A stretch of 64,000 bases of DNA from Candidatus Bathyarchaeota archaeon (GCA_018396535.1 JAGTQC010000005.1:64001-128000), one strand, 5' to 3'; shown: positions 1 through 10,606, numbered from the stretch's first letter. Made by a program: numbers and translations. The notes: a model not told the origin generated them from the letters alone.

Positions 1-11
1 ACGTATATAAG

Positions 12-698
12 CTAGGGCTCTATCACCGAGCCTATATCGTATCCCTCGAGAGCTTTCACTATATTCTCTGGAGTTAAACCTGACACAACTATAAATCTGA
101 ATGGTGTTTCTGATAAAAGTCGACATGCTTCTGGATCTATTACTTGGTTTATACCTGCTTTATACCTCACATCCGCGAATATCTTTTTCAATTCCTCGAT
201 TTTAATCTTAGAAAGTTTTTTCGCATCTCTATATATGTTCGGATCTTTATCGTATATGCCGTCAACCTTCGATGCTTTAACTATGACCTCGGCCTTCAAC
301 CTTCTAGCTAATAGGATAGCTACAGAGTCTGTAGTCATACCAGGGGTTAATCCACCCATAACAACAAGTAAACCATTATCTTGCATAGCTTTAGCTTCAT
401 CGATACTTCTTGCTATAACACCCTTCGTTAGATCTTTCAGACACTTAGAGAGTAGTAGAGCTACTATGCGTGAAGCCTCTATCGCTATCTCATCTTTATC
501 TTCCTCTGCTAATCCTAATTTTTCAGCTATACTTATTAAACTCCGTGCAAACTCTCCTCCACCAACTACTACTGCCAACCTGTACTCCATTCCTGCAAGT
601 CTTCTTATAACAGATGAATACGCATATAACACGCCTGGATCTATAGGTGACGCTATGATAGAACCGCCTATCCTAATTACAGCACTTAGATCCCTCAA
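12..698 (-). CDS. pyrH: Uridylate kinase (archaeal UMP kinase)
   Basis: Amino-acid-kinase fold motifs IRIGGS, VVGGGEFAR, GMTTDSVA and VDGIYDKDP. Confidence 0.93.
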   Translation of the reverse strand: MRDLSAVIRIGGSIIASPIDPGVLYAYSSVIRRLAGMEYRLAVVVGGGEFARSLISIAEKLGLAEEDKDEIAIEASRIVALLLSKCLKDLTKGVIARSIDEAKAMQDNGLLVVMGGLTPGMTTDSVAILLARRLKAEVIVKASKVDGIYDKDPNIYRDAKKLSKIKIEELKKIFADVRYKAGINQVIDPEACRLLSETPFRFIVVSGLTPENIVKALEGYDIGSVIEP

Positions 699-773
699 CG
701 CTCGGATAACTTTAAAAGCTGTTTTCAGGTATAAACATGACGGAAGGATAGGAAGTATAAGTGGGGATATTAT

Positions 774-3008
774 TTGTCCTCTAGTAGGCTTCCTAAAAAG
801 CTCAGTACTAGAATTCTAGAAGCTTTAGCTTCTAGCATTAGGATGGAGATACTTAGATTACTACACGAAGAAGGCCCTCTTTCATATAGTGAACTTATGG
901 ATAGACTAAATCTGGATCCTGTTAAGCATGCAGGTAGGTTCGCCTATCATCTCAAGAAGATTCAATCTGCTAATCTCATAACGCTATCAAAGGAGGGTAG
1001 GAAGTATCAGCTTACAGATTTGGGATGGAAAATATATGAGCTTACACGTGAAATAGAGGAGCATGCCCTTAGAGCTGGTACAAGACTTCTAGTAAGAACA
1101 TCGCGTACAACCATAGAGGAGTTCGATCGTAACCGCATAGTAGAATCGCTTGTTAGAGAAGCTCAAATACCTCAGGAGATAGCTGAAAGAATAGCTAGAA
1201 AAGCTGAGGAAAGACTCCTCGATCTGAGGGTAAAATATCTTACAGCTCCCTTGATCAGAGAATTCGTAAACGCTATACTCATAGAAGAAGGTATGGAGGA
1301 GTATAGGCATAAGCTTACTAGGCTAGGTTTACCAGTCTATGATGTTAAGAAGTCTTTTCAAGATATAGGTGCTAGAGGCGGTATTGCTAAAGACGTTAAA
1401 GATCGTGCGGGTGAGGCTGTACTTAGAGAGTACGTCCTACTTGACATACTACCTAGAAGAGTCGCAGACTCCCACCTATCTGGTTATATAGATATAAGAA
1501 AACCTGGGTCATGGATACTCCATCCAGATGTGATAATACATGATATAGAAGAGATCCTAGCTAGACATGCTTCAATGTTAACATTACCATCAGAAGAGAG
1601 TAGGCTAAAGCTCTACATAGCATATCTATCAAAGTTCATAAGAGATGTATGCTATGAGATACATGAAGAACAGGTAGTAGAATACTTCAACGTCTATCTA
1701 GCTCCATACGTAACTGGGGTTAGAGATATCGAAATAGAAGACGAACTCATATCTTTTCTTATATACCTCTCTGATCTGAAACCCACGGTATCACTAGGAC
1801 TTGAACTAGGGATACCGAGTTTCATGGAAGAAAAGAGGGCTCTTGGAAAGAAGATCGGATATGGCGATCTATACGATGAAGCGTATCGTTTACTTAGAAG
1901 TCTACTTAGATGTTATGAGAGGCTAATGAGCTTTAATAGATTTCGGAGATGCCTACCGCGTTTAATAGTTAAGCTCAGAGGAGGGGATATAGATGAAGAT
2001 ATACTGCTTCATATCCACAGAATCATATCCTTAGGTGGGGAAGTAACGTTTTCTAATTTAGCTAAGACTAATGGAATAACATCATCTGAGGGTATATGGA
2101 TTGAAGCGGATAAAGGTTTACCAGAATATGCTTTACTAAGGAGTCTTTGGATCGGTGGTGTGTCTGTGAATATACCTAGAGCTTCATATGAATCTCATGG
2201 AAGAGAGAATATATTCGCTCGTAGATTAGAAAGGATATGTAGAGATGCCGTAGACTCTCTATTATTCAGGTATAGTGCTGTATCATCTAATATATCCTCT
2301 AATCTTCTCCCCACTCTATTTGGTGGAGTTAGCCCATACTCTAGTATCAAAAATTGTAAATACGGTCTAAACTTAGTAGGTCTCTTAGAAGCTGCTATGC
2401 TTTTCACAGATTCAGAAAACTTTATCGAAGACGATGTATTGGATTATACGTGGAAGATCATAGACTATTTACGTGAGATAGTGAGAAGTATAGAACAGGA
2501 AACAAGAATTAAGATAACCCTATCTAGTATAGCCGATATCGATGCTTCAACTAGGCTTGCCAATATGGATCAGTTATACTATGGTAAAGCTAAAGAGTAT
2601 AAACACTTATATAGACCGTTCTATGCCTCTGGCTCTCTCATACCTATGGATATAGATGTATCGACTATAAATAGAATAAGAATAGAAGCTGAATTTCATA
2701 GAAAGATTGATGGAGCATTAGCTGTAATACCGTTGAGTGAAGATGATATTGAGGATGTAGAAGCCATGAAAGACTTAACCATAGAAGCGTATGAAAACTA
2801 TGATCTAAGATGGTATAGCTATGGGTTTAAATTCACATATTGCACCTTATGCCGTAGACATTTCAACGGCTTTATCGAAGTATGTCCAGAGTGTAGATCA
2901 TCTAGAGATCTTGTAAGATATGTCAAGATAGGTGCATCGTATATGAGTGAGTATGTTTTACCAGATGGTGTAAGAAATGCTTTATTGAAGTCTAACAGCT
3001 CTCATTAA
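774..3008 (+). CDS. ArsR-like wHTH + ATP-cone + class III (NrdD-like) ribonucleotide reductase fold, probably catalytically degenerate
   Basis: N-terminal HTH (IRMEILRLL...FAYHLKK), ATP-cone (EEFDRNRIVESLVREA...LTAPLIRE), NrdD-like barrel (HLSGYIDI; VSVNIPR) and C-terminal Zn box CTLC..CPEC. No RxxGY glycyl-radical loop seen. Confidence 0.8.
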   Translation: MSSSRLPKKLSTRILEALASSIRMEILRLLHEEGPLSYSELMDRLNLDPVKHAGRFAYHLKKIQSANLITLSKEGRKYQLTDLGWKIYELTREIEEHALRAGTRLLVRTSRTTIEEFDRNRIVESLVREAQIPQEIAERIARKAEERLLDLRVKYLTAPLIREFVNAILIEEGMEEYRHKLTRLGLPVYDVKKSFQDIGARGGIAKDVKDRAGEAVLREYVLLDILPRRVADSHLSGYIDIRKPGSWILHPDVIIHDIEEILARHASMLTLPSEESRLKLYIAYLSKFIRDVCYEIHEEQVVEYFNVYLAPYVTGVRDIEIEDELISFLIYLSDLKPTVSLGLELGIPSFMEEKRALGKKIGYGDLYDEAYRLLRSLLRCYERLMSFNRFRRCLPRLIVKLRGGDIDEDILLHIHRIISLGGEVTFSNLAKTNGITSSEGIWIEADKGLPEYALLRSLWIGGVSVNIPRASYESHGRENIFARRLERICRDAVDSLLFRYSAVSSNISSNLLPTLFGGVSPYSSIKNCKYGLNLVGLLEAAMLFTDSENFIEDDVLDYTWKIIDYLREIVRSIEQETRIKITLSSIADIDASTRLANMDQLYYGKAKEYKHLYRPFYASGSLIPMDIDVSTINRIRIEAEFHRKIDGALAVIPLSEDDIEDVEAMKDLTIEAYENYDLRWYSYGFKFTYCTLCRRHFNGFIEVCPECRSSRDLVRYVKIGASYMSEYVLPDGVRNALLKSNSSH

Positions 3009-3484
3009 ATTAGGTTGAGTAGAGCATCGTTTCTATCCATAATCCTGCGGCAGTAGTGGCACTGTATCAGTAAGGGATCCTTAGATATGACGTGAAATAC
3101 GGGTTTGATAGGTTCATGGCTATTCGATATGCAAGATGGATTACCGCATTTAACAAGACCTACTAAGATATCAGGTATCTTAACTTTCATCTTTGATAAA
3201 ACCTCGTAATCTCTTATTATATTTATCGTAGCATTAGGAGCTATCAAAGCTATTTTATGAACCTCGCTTTCTACTAGTTCCTTCCCTTCGATCTTAACGA
3301 TATCCTTTAACCCAAGCTTATGACTAGGTACATTCATTACGACGCTTATCGTTAATCCTTCCTTACCGGTTAAACCTAGTATCCTAAGTACATCTAAAGC
3401 ATAGCCTGCGGTTATGTGGTCTATAACTGTTCCATCCTTAATCTTTTGCACTCTTAACTCCCTTCGTTCATCCAATGTCTTCAC
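3005..3484 (-). CDS. pyrI: Aspartate carbamoyltransferase regulatory chain
   Basis: IKDGTVIDHI, KDIVKIEG and Zn ligands CGNPSC..CHYC. Confidence 0.96.
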   Translation of the reverse strand: MKTLDERRELRVQKIKDGTVIDHITAGYALDVLRILGLTGKEGLTISVVMNVPSHKLGLKDIVKIEGKELVESEVHKIALIAPNATINIIRDYEVLSKMKVKIPDILVGLVKCGNPSCISNSHEPIKPVFHVISKDPLLIQCHYCRRIMDRNDALLNLI

Positions 3485-3576
3485 CTAGCGTAACACTATC
3501 CTTAAGCTAGGATTTTAGTCTTTCTACAATCTCTAGGGTAAAGGATATCTATAGCTTACTGGATAGTAGCATAAAT

Positions 3577-4287
3577 ATGCAACGCTACATATCTAGAAGA
3601 GCTATGGTAGGTAAAGCCTGTATAGGGTTGAATTCTACGATATTAGGTGCAAGCGTAATCGGTGATGGTAGTTTCATAGATTCGTATACGATCTTAGGTT
3701 ATCCTACCAGGCATAAAATTATGAAGCTACTCGAAAACGACTATATAGACTACGATGCTTTAGATAGCTTCAGCGAAGGCTGCCGCATAGGTAGTCGATG
3801 CATAGTTAGATCAAATACCATAATCTATGAATACACAAATATAAGCGATGATGTCGAGATAGGTCATGACGTACTAGTAAGAGAGTTTGTCTATATAGAT
3901 AGTTCTACACGTATAGGATCTCATACAGTCATAGATGGCTATGTAGAGATAGGTAAGAAGGTTAATATACAGACTGGCTGTTATATCCCACCTAAAGCTA
4001 TCATAGAGGATAGAGTATTCATAGGACCGTATACATTAATCCTAAATGATAAGTATCCTCCTAGCGGTAGACTTGTAGGCTCTAGGATATGCCATGACGC
4101 TATCATAGGTGCCGGAGTAACCATACTACCGGGAGTAGTAGTAGGCGAGGGGGCTGTCGTAGCTGCAGGGGCGCTCGTTACCAGAAATGTCGAACCATAT
4201 ACCGTCGTTAAAGGTAGACCTGCTAGACTATGTTACTCCAGGGATGAGTATGAAGAGAGAAAGAGAAGGTATATCAATCAAGCCTAG
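3577..4287 (+). CDS. Hexapeptide-repeat (left-handed beta-helix) acyltransferase
   Basis: Repeated [LIV]G hexads, NDKYPP and IGAGVTILPGVVVGEGAVVAAG. Confidence 0.88.
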   Translation: MQRYISRRAMVGKACIGLNSTILGASVIGDGSFIDSYTILGYPTRHKIMKLLENDYIDYDALDSFSEGCRIGSRCIVRSNTIIYEYTNISDDVEIGHDVLVREFVYIDSSTRIGSHTVIDGYVEIGKKVNIQTGCYIPPKAIIEDRVFIGPYTLILNDKYPPSGRLVGSRICHDAIIGAGVTILPGVVVGEGAVVAAGALVTRNVEPYTVVKGRPARLCYSRDEYEERKRRYINQA

Positions 4288-4511
4288 GGTTGGAGTTCTA
4301 GAAGTGTTTCGGTAGATGTAACGTTAGGTAACCTGTTTATTTCAAGAACCGCTCGGCATATATCCCCTACAACTGGAGCTTCTATGAAGGCTACTAAATC
4401 ATACCTACCAAAGGTAAAGAATGCCTTTGTAACACCCTTAATCTTCCTTACAGATTCCAGTGTACCTATTACACCCTTTGGCTCTAGTTTAACGAAAACT
4501 ATAGCTTTCAT
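4284..4511 (-). CDS. Stand-alone Lrp/AsnC ligand-binding (RAM) domain protein
   Basis: 75 aa with the GRYDLVAFIEA and STETL pattern. Confidence 0.85.
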   Translation of the reverse strand: MKAIVFVKLEPKGVIGTLESVRKIKGVTKAFFTFGRYDLVAFIEAPVVGDICRAVLEINRLPNVTSTETLLELQP

Positions 4512-4523
4512 CTAATATTCACC

Positions 4524-4757
4524 TCATGTAGATGGGAATATTATGAGGGTCTCCGTAGATTTAACCCCCCTCACCTGAGCTAGTTTAAGTACATTTTCTC
4601 CAAGTCCCTTCAAATCCTCCGCTTCTATCTCTACTACAAAATCCCAGCGGCCTAATGTAGCTGTAACCGATCTAACACCCTTCGCTTTACTAAGTTCTAG
4701 ATTTAATATTTCGAAAGAACCCGGCTTAGCTTCTATCAGTACGATAGCCTCTATCAA
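4524..4757 (-). CDS. Stand-alone Lrp/AsnC ligand-binding (RAM) domain protein
   Basis: 77 aa with GRWDFVVEIEA and KSTETLI; tandem paralogue of the neighbouring gene. Confidence 0.85.
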   Translation of the reverse strand: MIEAIVLIEAKPGSFEILNLELSKAKGVRSVTATLGRWDFVVEIEAEDLKGLGENVLKLAQVRGVKSTETLIIFPST

Positions 4758-4816
4758 CTCTAACCCCCTATGCTTATTAACACCCTCTCGAATATAACAG
4801 TTTATAGTGTCTAGCC

Positions 4817-5278
4817 GTGGGAGTCCAAGGATCTCTAGAATTGGAAGTATACGTGCATGCTACGGAAGATGAACATAAAGTTATGAAAGCTGTTAGTAAC
4901 ATACTACCTAGGGATCTCTATGAGAAGCTACGCTTCGATAGGGTTAGAACAAGAGGACATTATGGCAATCCTATAACAGTCATAAAGGCGGAGGCTAGGT
5001 TGGATGATGCTAAAGCTATATCGAAGTATATACTTGAGAAGATGGAAAAATACGATAGAGAGTATATTCGTAGGAATCTAGAAGTATTCGTAGATAGCGT
5101 TGGTACCATATATCTTAGATTCGATAAACAGGAAGCATACCTTGGTAGGATTGTGTTAAAAAGTAGCGATCCGATATGCGTAAGATTAAGATTCGATATA
5201 CCTCCAGGTGGAAGAATTAATCCTATCGAGTATATAGGAGGGATAATCTTTGAAGAGGTACGTAGATCTTCATGTTAA
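4817..5278 (+). CDS. Exosome-superoperon RNA-binding protein (COG1325-like)
   Basis: VHATEDEHKV, GHYGNPI and YLRFDKQEAY motifs; operon context. Confidence 0.88.
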   Translation: MGVQGSLELEVYVHATEDEHKVMKAVSNILPRDLYEKLRFDRVRTRGHYGNPITVIKAEARLDDAKAISKYILEKMEKYDREYIRRNLEVFVDSVGTIYLRFDKQEAYLGRIVLKSSDPICVRLRFDIPPGGRINPIEYIGGIIFEEVRRSSC

Positions 5279-5927
5279 ACCTAGGAGTGAGGAGGATGTA
5301 CACGATATTTTAGAAACAGCTTTGAAGCTAGGTTATAAAGCCATAGGATTAGTTATCGATAGCATCTACAGTCAGTTAGTAGAGGAGTATAACGGATTGA
5401 AGATATTAAAGAGGATTGATGTAGATGCAAAGCTAGATGATCTACGTAAATATAGAGTAAGGTTATCCAGGAAGTATGATATCGTATCAGCTATCTGCCG
5501 AGATAGTAGCGATATTAGGAGAGCTCTAAAATGCGGCTTCAATATAATCTGTTTCAAAGGCCTACCTAGCACTCCTAAAATAACCGATTTCTCCCTCATA
5601 AAGTATAGTGAAGCATACTTAGAATTAGATCTATGCGATCTACTATCCTTTAATGAAGATGAAAGGATAATGGTCTTCAGATCAATAGCTAGAATATTCA
5701 GATACGCATCTAGGAAGGATGCTAAACTTATACTAGCGAGCGGCGCAGTTGACTCCTATAAGCTTAGAGCACCATTAGATTTAGCAAGTATGGTGCTTCC
5801 CGCAGGTGTAACATGGTTTGAAGCTTTAACAGCAGCCGTATACAATCCATCTATATTCTTCTCGTATATGATACGTAAGAGTATGGGGTATGTAAGTGAA
5901 GGTGTTAGGATCGTTAGAAGGTGGTAG
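5250..5927 (+). CDS. rnp3: RNase P protein component 3 (Rpp30)
   Basis: YVDLHV, LGY and LASGA..LRAPLDL; superoperon position. Confidence 0.85.
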   Translation: MKRYVDLHVKPRSEEDVHDILETALKLGYKAIGLVIDSIYSQLVEEYNGLKILKRIDVDAKLDDLRKYRVRLSRKYDIVSAICRDSSDIRRALKCGFNIICFKGLPSTPKITDFSLIKYSEAYLELDLCDLLSFNEDERIMVFRSIARIFRYASRKDAKLILASGAVDSYKLRAPLDLASMVLPAGVTWFEALTAAVYNPSIFFSYMIRKSMGYVSEGVRIVRRW

Positions 5928-6255
5928 GGTTATCCCTCTGAAAACTATTCGAAGAAGGTATATACTTATAGAGCTAGTGAAGAGTAGTATGCATATAGAT
6001 GCTAAACATATAGTTTCAGAATTAAAGAGGAGTTTACTTAGATTATACGGAGAATATGGTTTAAGCTTAGCGGATATACATCCCATAGAATATGGTAGTA
6101 GCTATCTCGTAATATCATGCGATCATAGAATGCTTCAGCAGGTTAGATCTGCTATAGCTTATCTAGATCGTATCGGTGGTATCGATGTACTACTATGTGT
6201 ATCCTCAGTATCCGGAACCCTTAAAAAGCTTAGGATGAGGATGAGGTTCACGTAA
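5896..6255 (+). CDS. rnp2: RNase P protein component 2 (Pop5/Rpp14); true start probably slightly downstream
   Basis: RRRYI..LYGEYG..VSGTLKKL. Confidence 0.85.
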   Translation: MKVLGSLEGGRVIPLKTIRRRYILIELVKSSMHIDAKHIVSELKRSLLRLYGEYGLSLADIHPIEYGSSYLVISCDHRMLQQVRSAIAYLDRIGGIDVLLCVSSVSGTLKKLRMRMRFT

Positions 6256-6304
6256 CATTTATCTTTAAAGGAGTTGTATCTAGTAGAACTCGAGGTTAAC
6301 GTAT

Positions 6305-7021
6305 ATGTTTACACCACCTGGAGCCTATGATAGAGTCATAACGATATTCTCTCCTGAGGGTAGATTACTTCAGGTAGAGTATGCTGTCGAAGCTGTTAGG
6401 AGAGGTGCTACTATAGTAGGTATAGTATCTAGGGAAGGGGTAGTCTTAGGAGCTGAGGAGAAGGCTACATCTAAACTTCAGGATCCAAGGTTTTCATGGA
6501 AGATTTACCAGATAGATGACCATATAGGTGTCGCTATAGTAGGTTTAGGCGCGGATGCCCGTATACTTGTAGATCAGGCTAGGATATATGCTCAGACGCA
6601 TAGATTAACCTATGGTGAACCTATAGATGTAGAAGTTCTAGCTAGAAGGATAGCTGATATAAAGCAGGCTTACACGCAGTATTCTGGTGCTAGACCCTTC
6701 GGTGTCGCTATGGCCTTCGGAGGTGTAGATAGAGAGGGGCCGAGGCTATTCGTAACTCTACCAGGTGGAGACTACTGGGGTTACAAGGCTACATCGCTAG
6801 GTGCGAATAGCGAGCAAGCGTCAGAAGTATTGGAAGCTGAGTACAGGGATGATTTAGCATTAGATGAAGCTATACTACTATGCTTAAAAAGCTTCTCTAA
6901 AGCATTAGAGGGTAAGGTTGGCGGGCGTAATGTGAAGATAGCTGTAATACCTGTATCGACTAAGCAATTCAGAAGACTTACCGATGAAGAAGTCGATCTA
7001 TACGCAGCTAAACTCGGTTGA
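6305..7021 (+). CDS. psmA: 20S proteasome alpha subunit
   Basis: YDRVITIFSPEGRLLQVEYA signature. Confidence 0.97.
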   Translation: MFTPPGAYDRVITIFSPEGRLLQVEYAVEAVRRGATIVGIVSREGVVLGAEEKATSKLQDPRFSWKIYQIDDHIGVAIVGLGADARILVDQARIYAQTHRLTYGEPIDVEVLARRIADIKQAYTQYSGARPFGVAMAFGGVDREGPRLFVTLPGGDYWGYKATSLGANSEQASEVLEAEYRDDLALDEAILLCLKSFSKALEGKVGGRNVKIAVIPVSTKQFRRLTDEEVDLYAAKLG

Positions 7022-7062
7022 TACATATACACCTATCTTAAGGAAATTGTTTAAATTTTAGC

Positions 7063-7779
7063 TTGGATTATTCTACCGTAGATGAGGTTATGAAGGGTAG
7101 TAGTACACTAGCTCGTATAAGGAAGGATGGGGAGCGGTATGAGATACTAGTTTATAGCGAAGCTGCCTTAAACTATAAGCTCGGTTTAGAGAAGGATATA
7201 ACTAAAGTCCTAGCTTCTACCGATGTATTCACAGATTTTAGACAAGGGTTAAGAGCTTCGGTGGATAAGCTTAGAAAAGCCTTCGGTACAGATGATGTAT
7301 ATAAGATAGCGGATTTGATAATCAGGTATGGTGATATCCAGATACCTGCTGAACTTAGAAGGAAGATGATCGAGGAGAAGCGTAGGCAGATAGTAGCATT
7401 CATAACAAGAAATTGTATCGATATACGGACTGGTTTACCGATACCAGCGCTTAGAGTTGAGCAGGCTATGGATGAAGTCGGCGTATCTATAGATCCGTTC
7501 GAAGATGCTGAGATCCAGGCTAGACGTGTTATAGAGGCTATTAAGAGTATAGTACCCTTAAAGATCGAGTCTATGCGTATCGCTGTTAAGATTCCATCTA
7601 GATATGTTGGCAAAGCATATAATCTAGTATTGGGTATAGGTAACGTTGAGAGAGAGGAGTGGCAGAAGGATGGATCCTGGGTAGGTATAGTTACTATCCC
7701 TGCAGGTCTACATGGCGAATTTATAGATAAGCTAGGTAAAGTTACAGAAGGTGAAGCTCAGGTTAAGATATTGAAGTGA
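7063..7779 (+). CDS. Ribosome maturation factor SBDS/Sdo1 (ATG at 7090 is a likely start)
   Basis: GERYEILV, AFGTDD and P..RVEQAM; operon context. Confidence 0.93.
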   Translation: MDYSTVDEVMKGSSTLARIRKDGERYEILVYSEAALNYKLGLEKDITKVLASTDVFTDFRQGLRASVDKLRKAFGTDDVYKIADLIIRYGDIQIPAELRRKMIEEKRRQIVAFITRNCIDIRTGLPIPALRVEQAMDEVGVSIDPFEDAEIQARRVIEAIKSIVPLKIESMRIAVKIPSRYVGKAYNLVLGIGNVEREEWQKDGSWVGIVTIPAGLHGEFIDKLGKVTEGEAQVKILK

Positions 7780-7789
7780 GGGTAGAGTT

Positions 7790-8488
7790 ATGTCTACGAT
7801 AGAGGAGAGAAGATTAGTTCTACCTGGAGATCTAGTAGTAGAGGGTGAAGGATACGAGCTTGGAGCTAACGTCTACAGGGATGGTGTGAAGATATATTCT
7901 CAAGTAATCGGGCTTGCGAGTATAGTAGATAACAAGGTTTCTGTAACAGCTCTCAAAGGCGTATACATACCTAAACGTGGAGATATAGTAGTAGGTATAG
8001 TTAGAGAAGTAGGTATAACTAGATGGCTTATAGATATAAACTCCCCGTATCAGGGTGTACTCCCAGCTGTAGATGTTATCGGAAGGAAATTCTCTACTGA
8101 TAAAATCGATCTTAAGGACTACTTGAAGGTAGGGGATGTTATAGTTGCTCGAGTCGTTAGTTTCGATAGGACAACGGATGCTATACTAACTGTAGATGGG
8201 AAGGGGTTGGGTAGAGTAGATAATGGTAGACTCGAGTATATAACACCTACTAAGATACCTAGATTGATAGGGAAGAAGGGTTCTATGATAAATCTTATCA
8301 AGAAGGAGAGTGGATGTAATATAACGATAGGTAAGAATGGAGTGATACTTATAGAAGGTCCAAGTAGGGAGTTGGAGGAGTTGGTAGCAGAACTTGTAAA
8401 GAAGATAGATAGAGAAGCACACGTACCTGGTTTAACGGATAGGGTAGCTGAGATCCTTAGATCCTCTATGAAGGGTGGGCAGGTATGA
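7790..8488 (+). CDS. rrp4: Exosome RNA-binding subunit Rrp4
   Basis: S1 + KH domains ([11 protein letters not shown]; [11 protein letters not shown]). Confidence 0.95.
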   Translation: MSTIEERRLVLPGDLVVEGEGYELGANVYRDGVKIYSQVIGLASIVDNKVSVTALKGVYIPKRGDIVVGIVREVGITRWLIDINSPYQGVLPAVDVIGRKFSTDKIDLKDYLKVGDVIVARVVSFDRTTDAILTVDGKGLGRVDNGRLEYITPTKIPRLIGKKGSMINLIKKESGCNITIGKNGVILIEGPSRELEELVAELVKKIDREAHVPGLTDRVAEILRSSMKGGQV

Positions 8489-9201
8489 GCGAGTTCACTA
8501 GGAGAGATGGAAGGAAGCCTGATGAGTTAAGGCCTATAAAGATGAAGGTTGGCGTACTAGATAAAGCTGATGGATCGGCTTACGTAGAGCAGGGGGGTAC
8601 TAAAGTCCTCGTAGCTGTGTATGGGCCGAGGGAGGTTCATCCTAGACATCTAGGTCTACCAGAATCAGCTATAGTTAGATGTAGATACCATATGGCTCCA
8701 TTCTCTACTAAAGAACGGAAGAGCCCTACACCTACAAGGAGGGAGATAGAGCTATCCAAGGTTATAAAGGAAGCTTTAGCAAGTACTATAATGCTAGATC
8801 TATACCCTAGAACAACTATAGATATATTCGTGGAAGTACTGCAGGCAGATGGTGGAACGAGGTGTGCAGGTATAACCGCAGCCTCGCTCGCCCTAGCGCA
8901 TGCAGGTATACCTATGATCGATCTAGTATCAGCTTGCGCTGTAGGTAAATGGAACGGTAGGATTATAGTAGATCTAACAGGTGAGGAGGATGAGGAGTGT
9001 GAAGCAGATATGCCTGTAGCTTTAATGCCGAGTTTAGAAAGGGTGACGCTAATACAGTTAAACGGTAGGTTAACTCCAGATGAGTTTTTAGAAGCCTTCA
9101 ACCTCGCGGTGAAAGCTTGCAAGTATATAGGTGAGCTTCAGAAAGCTACTCTTAGAAGCTATTATGAGAAGATAAAGGAGGAGGTTCTATATGAGCAGTA
9201 G
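8485..9201 (+). CDS. rrp41: Exosome catalytic subunit Rrp41
   Basis: RNase PH fold: [16 protein letters not shown] and QADGGTR. Confidence 0.96.
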   Translation: MSEFTRRDGRKPDELRPIKMKVGVLDKADGSAYVEQGGTKVLVAVYGPREVHPRHLGLPESAIVRCRYHMAPFSTKERKSPTPTRREIELSKVIKEALASTIMLDLYPRTTIDIFVEVLQADGGTRCAGITAASLALAHAGIPMIDLVSACAVGKWNGRIIVDLTGEEDEECEADMPVALMPSLERVTLIQLNGRLTPDEFLEAFNLAVKACKYIGELQKATLRSYYEKIKEEVLYEQ

Positions 9202-10003
9202 ACTAGTAATACCGGAGCTTACGAAGAGGAGGATTAGGGAGCTTGCTAGTCAACGTAGGAGGATCGATAAGAGAGGGTTAGCAGAGTTTAGAACAGTATT
9301 CATAGAGAGGGGTATTATACCACAAGCTGATGGCTCCGCTCTCGTCCATATAGGTAATACGAAGGCTATAGCAGGTATTAAGATAGATCTAGGTCAGCCA
9401 TACCCGGATATGCCTAACGCAGGTGTCCTAGCTGTTAACGTAGAATTGATGCCCCTAGCCTCACCTACATTCGAACCAGGACCACCTGATGAGAGGGCTG
9501 TAGAGGTAGCGCGTATAGTAGATAGAGCTATACGGGAGGGTAGGATGATAGATCTAGAAGAGCTTGTTATAACACCTGGTAGGGAAGTCTATGTTATCTT
9601 CGTAGATACCTATCTCGTAGATCATGATGGTAATATGATAGATGCATGTGTACTCGCAAGCGTAGCTGCACTCCTAGATGCTACTATGAGGAAGGCGATA
9701 GTATCAGAGGGTAGAGCTAGATTGATAGATGAGAGATCCCCCCTACCTATAAGACACTATCCCTTAACCGCTACTATATGTAGGATAGGTGAGACGCTTA
9801 TAGTAGATCCGATACTAGAGGAGGAGGAGACTGCTGAAGCTAGGATTACCATAGGCTTCGATGAGGAGGATAGGATATGTATGATACAGCATAGTATAGG
9901 TATGCTTAGGTATAGCGAGCTATACCAAGCGATAAATATATCTAGGGAGGCTGTATCCCGTTTAAGGAAGGAGCTCTGTAAGGTGTTCCCGAATGCCGGG
10001 TAG
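9191..10003 (+). CDS. rrp42: Exosome subunit Rrp42
   Basis: [15 protein letters not shown] and DHDGNMIDA. Confidence 0.96.
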   Translation: MSSRLVIPELTKRRIRELASQRRRIDKRGLAEFRTVFIERGIIPQADGSALVHIGNTKAIAGIKIDLGQPYPDMPNAGVLAVNVELMPLASPTFEPGPPDERAVEVARIVDRAIREGRMIDLEELVITPGREVYVIFVDTYLVDHDGNMIDACVLASVAALLDATMRKAIVSEGRARLIDERSPLPIRHYPLTATICRIGETLIVDPILEEEETAEARITIGFDEEDRICMIQHSIGMLRYSELYQAINISREAVSRLRKELCKVFPNAG

Positions 10004-10217
10004 AAGGCAGAAGACTCTCGGATGGCTTAAAGCTAGGTATGGAGCTACTGTTAGAGCTAGGTATACTACAGTATGGGTTCAAGCTCATAGCAGGTATAGG
10101 TGTCCGAGATGTATGTTTATAGGTTTAGAAAGGGTTTCGGTAGGTATATGGCGTTGTAGGAAGTGTGGTTTAACTATAGCTGGAGGAGCATACCAGCCTA
10201 CTACTAAGATAAAGTAG
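9993..10217 (+). CDS. rpl37ae: 50S ribosomal protein L37ae (eL43)
   Basis: RYGATVR, CPRC..GIWRCRKCG..AGGAY. Confidence 0.95.
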   Translation: MPGRRQKTLGWLKARYGATVRARYTTVWVQAHSRYRCPRCMFIGLERVSVGIWRCRKCGLTIAGGAYQPTTKIK

Positions 10218-10225
10218 TCTAATCT

Positions 10226-10489
10226 ATGATCGGGGAAGCCTACTCTGTGATAAAGGTGGATCTAGGTAGGGTAGAGGTTAATAGGATAGTATACGAGGTT
10301 TTGAAACCTGAAGCTAGGAGTCTACCATCTAGAAGGGTGGAGGGTATTGTAGGATTGGATGAGAATGGTGTGGTAGTATTAGAGATTAGAGCATCGGATA
10401 CTATAGCTTTAAGAGCTGCTGTGAATAGCTATATGCGTCTATTAAAAGCTGTGAAATCAGCTCTAGATGTAGTATATATCTATCCATGA
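10226..10489 (+). CDS. pcc1: KEOPS complex subunit Pcc1
   Basis: LKPE..I.A.D..ALRAAVNSYMR; superoperon position. Confidence 0.9.
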   Translation: MIGEAYSVIKVDLGRVEVNRIVYEVLKPEARSLPSRRVEGIVGLDENGVVVLEIRASDTIALRAAVNSYMRLLKAVKSALDVVYIYP

Positions 10490-10532
10490 TAAGTTTTTAA
10501 ACATCCCGCTACTCGTAGTAGATTTAGAAGAT

Positions 10533-10606
10533 GCCTCGGTAGCTCAGCCTGGTAGAGCAGCAGCCTTGTAAGCTGCGGGTCGCGGGTTCGAATCCCGCCC
10601 GAGGCT
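10533..10606 (+). tRNA. tRNA-Thr(UGU), intronless, CCA not encoded
   Basis: Acceptor stem GCCTCGG/CCGAGGC, anticodon arm GCAGC-CTTGTAA-GCTGC and T arm GCGGG-TTCGAAT-CCCGC. Confidence 0.97.

Noticed and set aside
235-819. Long antisense ORFs (also 26058-26729, 30651-31259, 8637-9122)
   Set aside because: They are Ser/Ile/Leu-rich mirror frames of well-supported genes, with no motifs.
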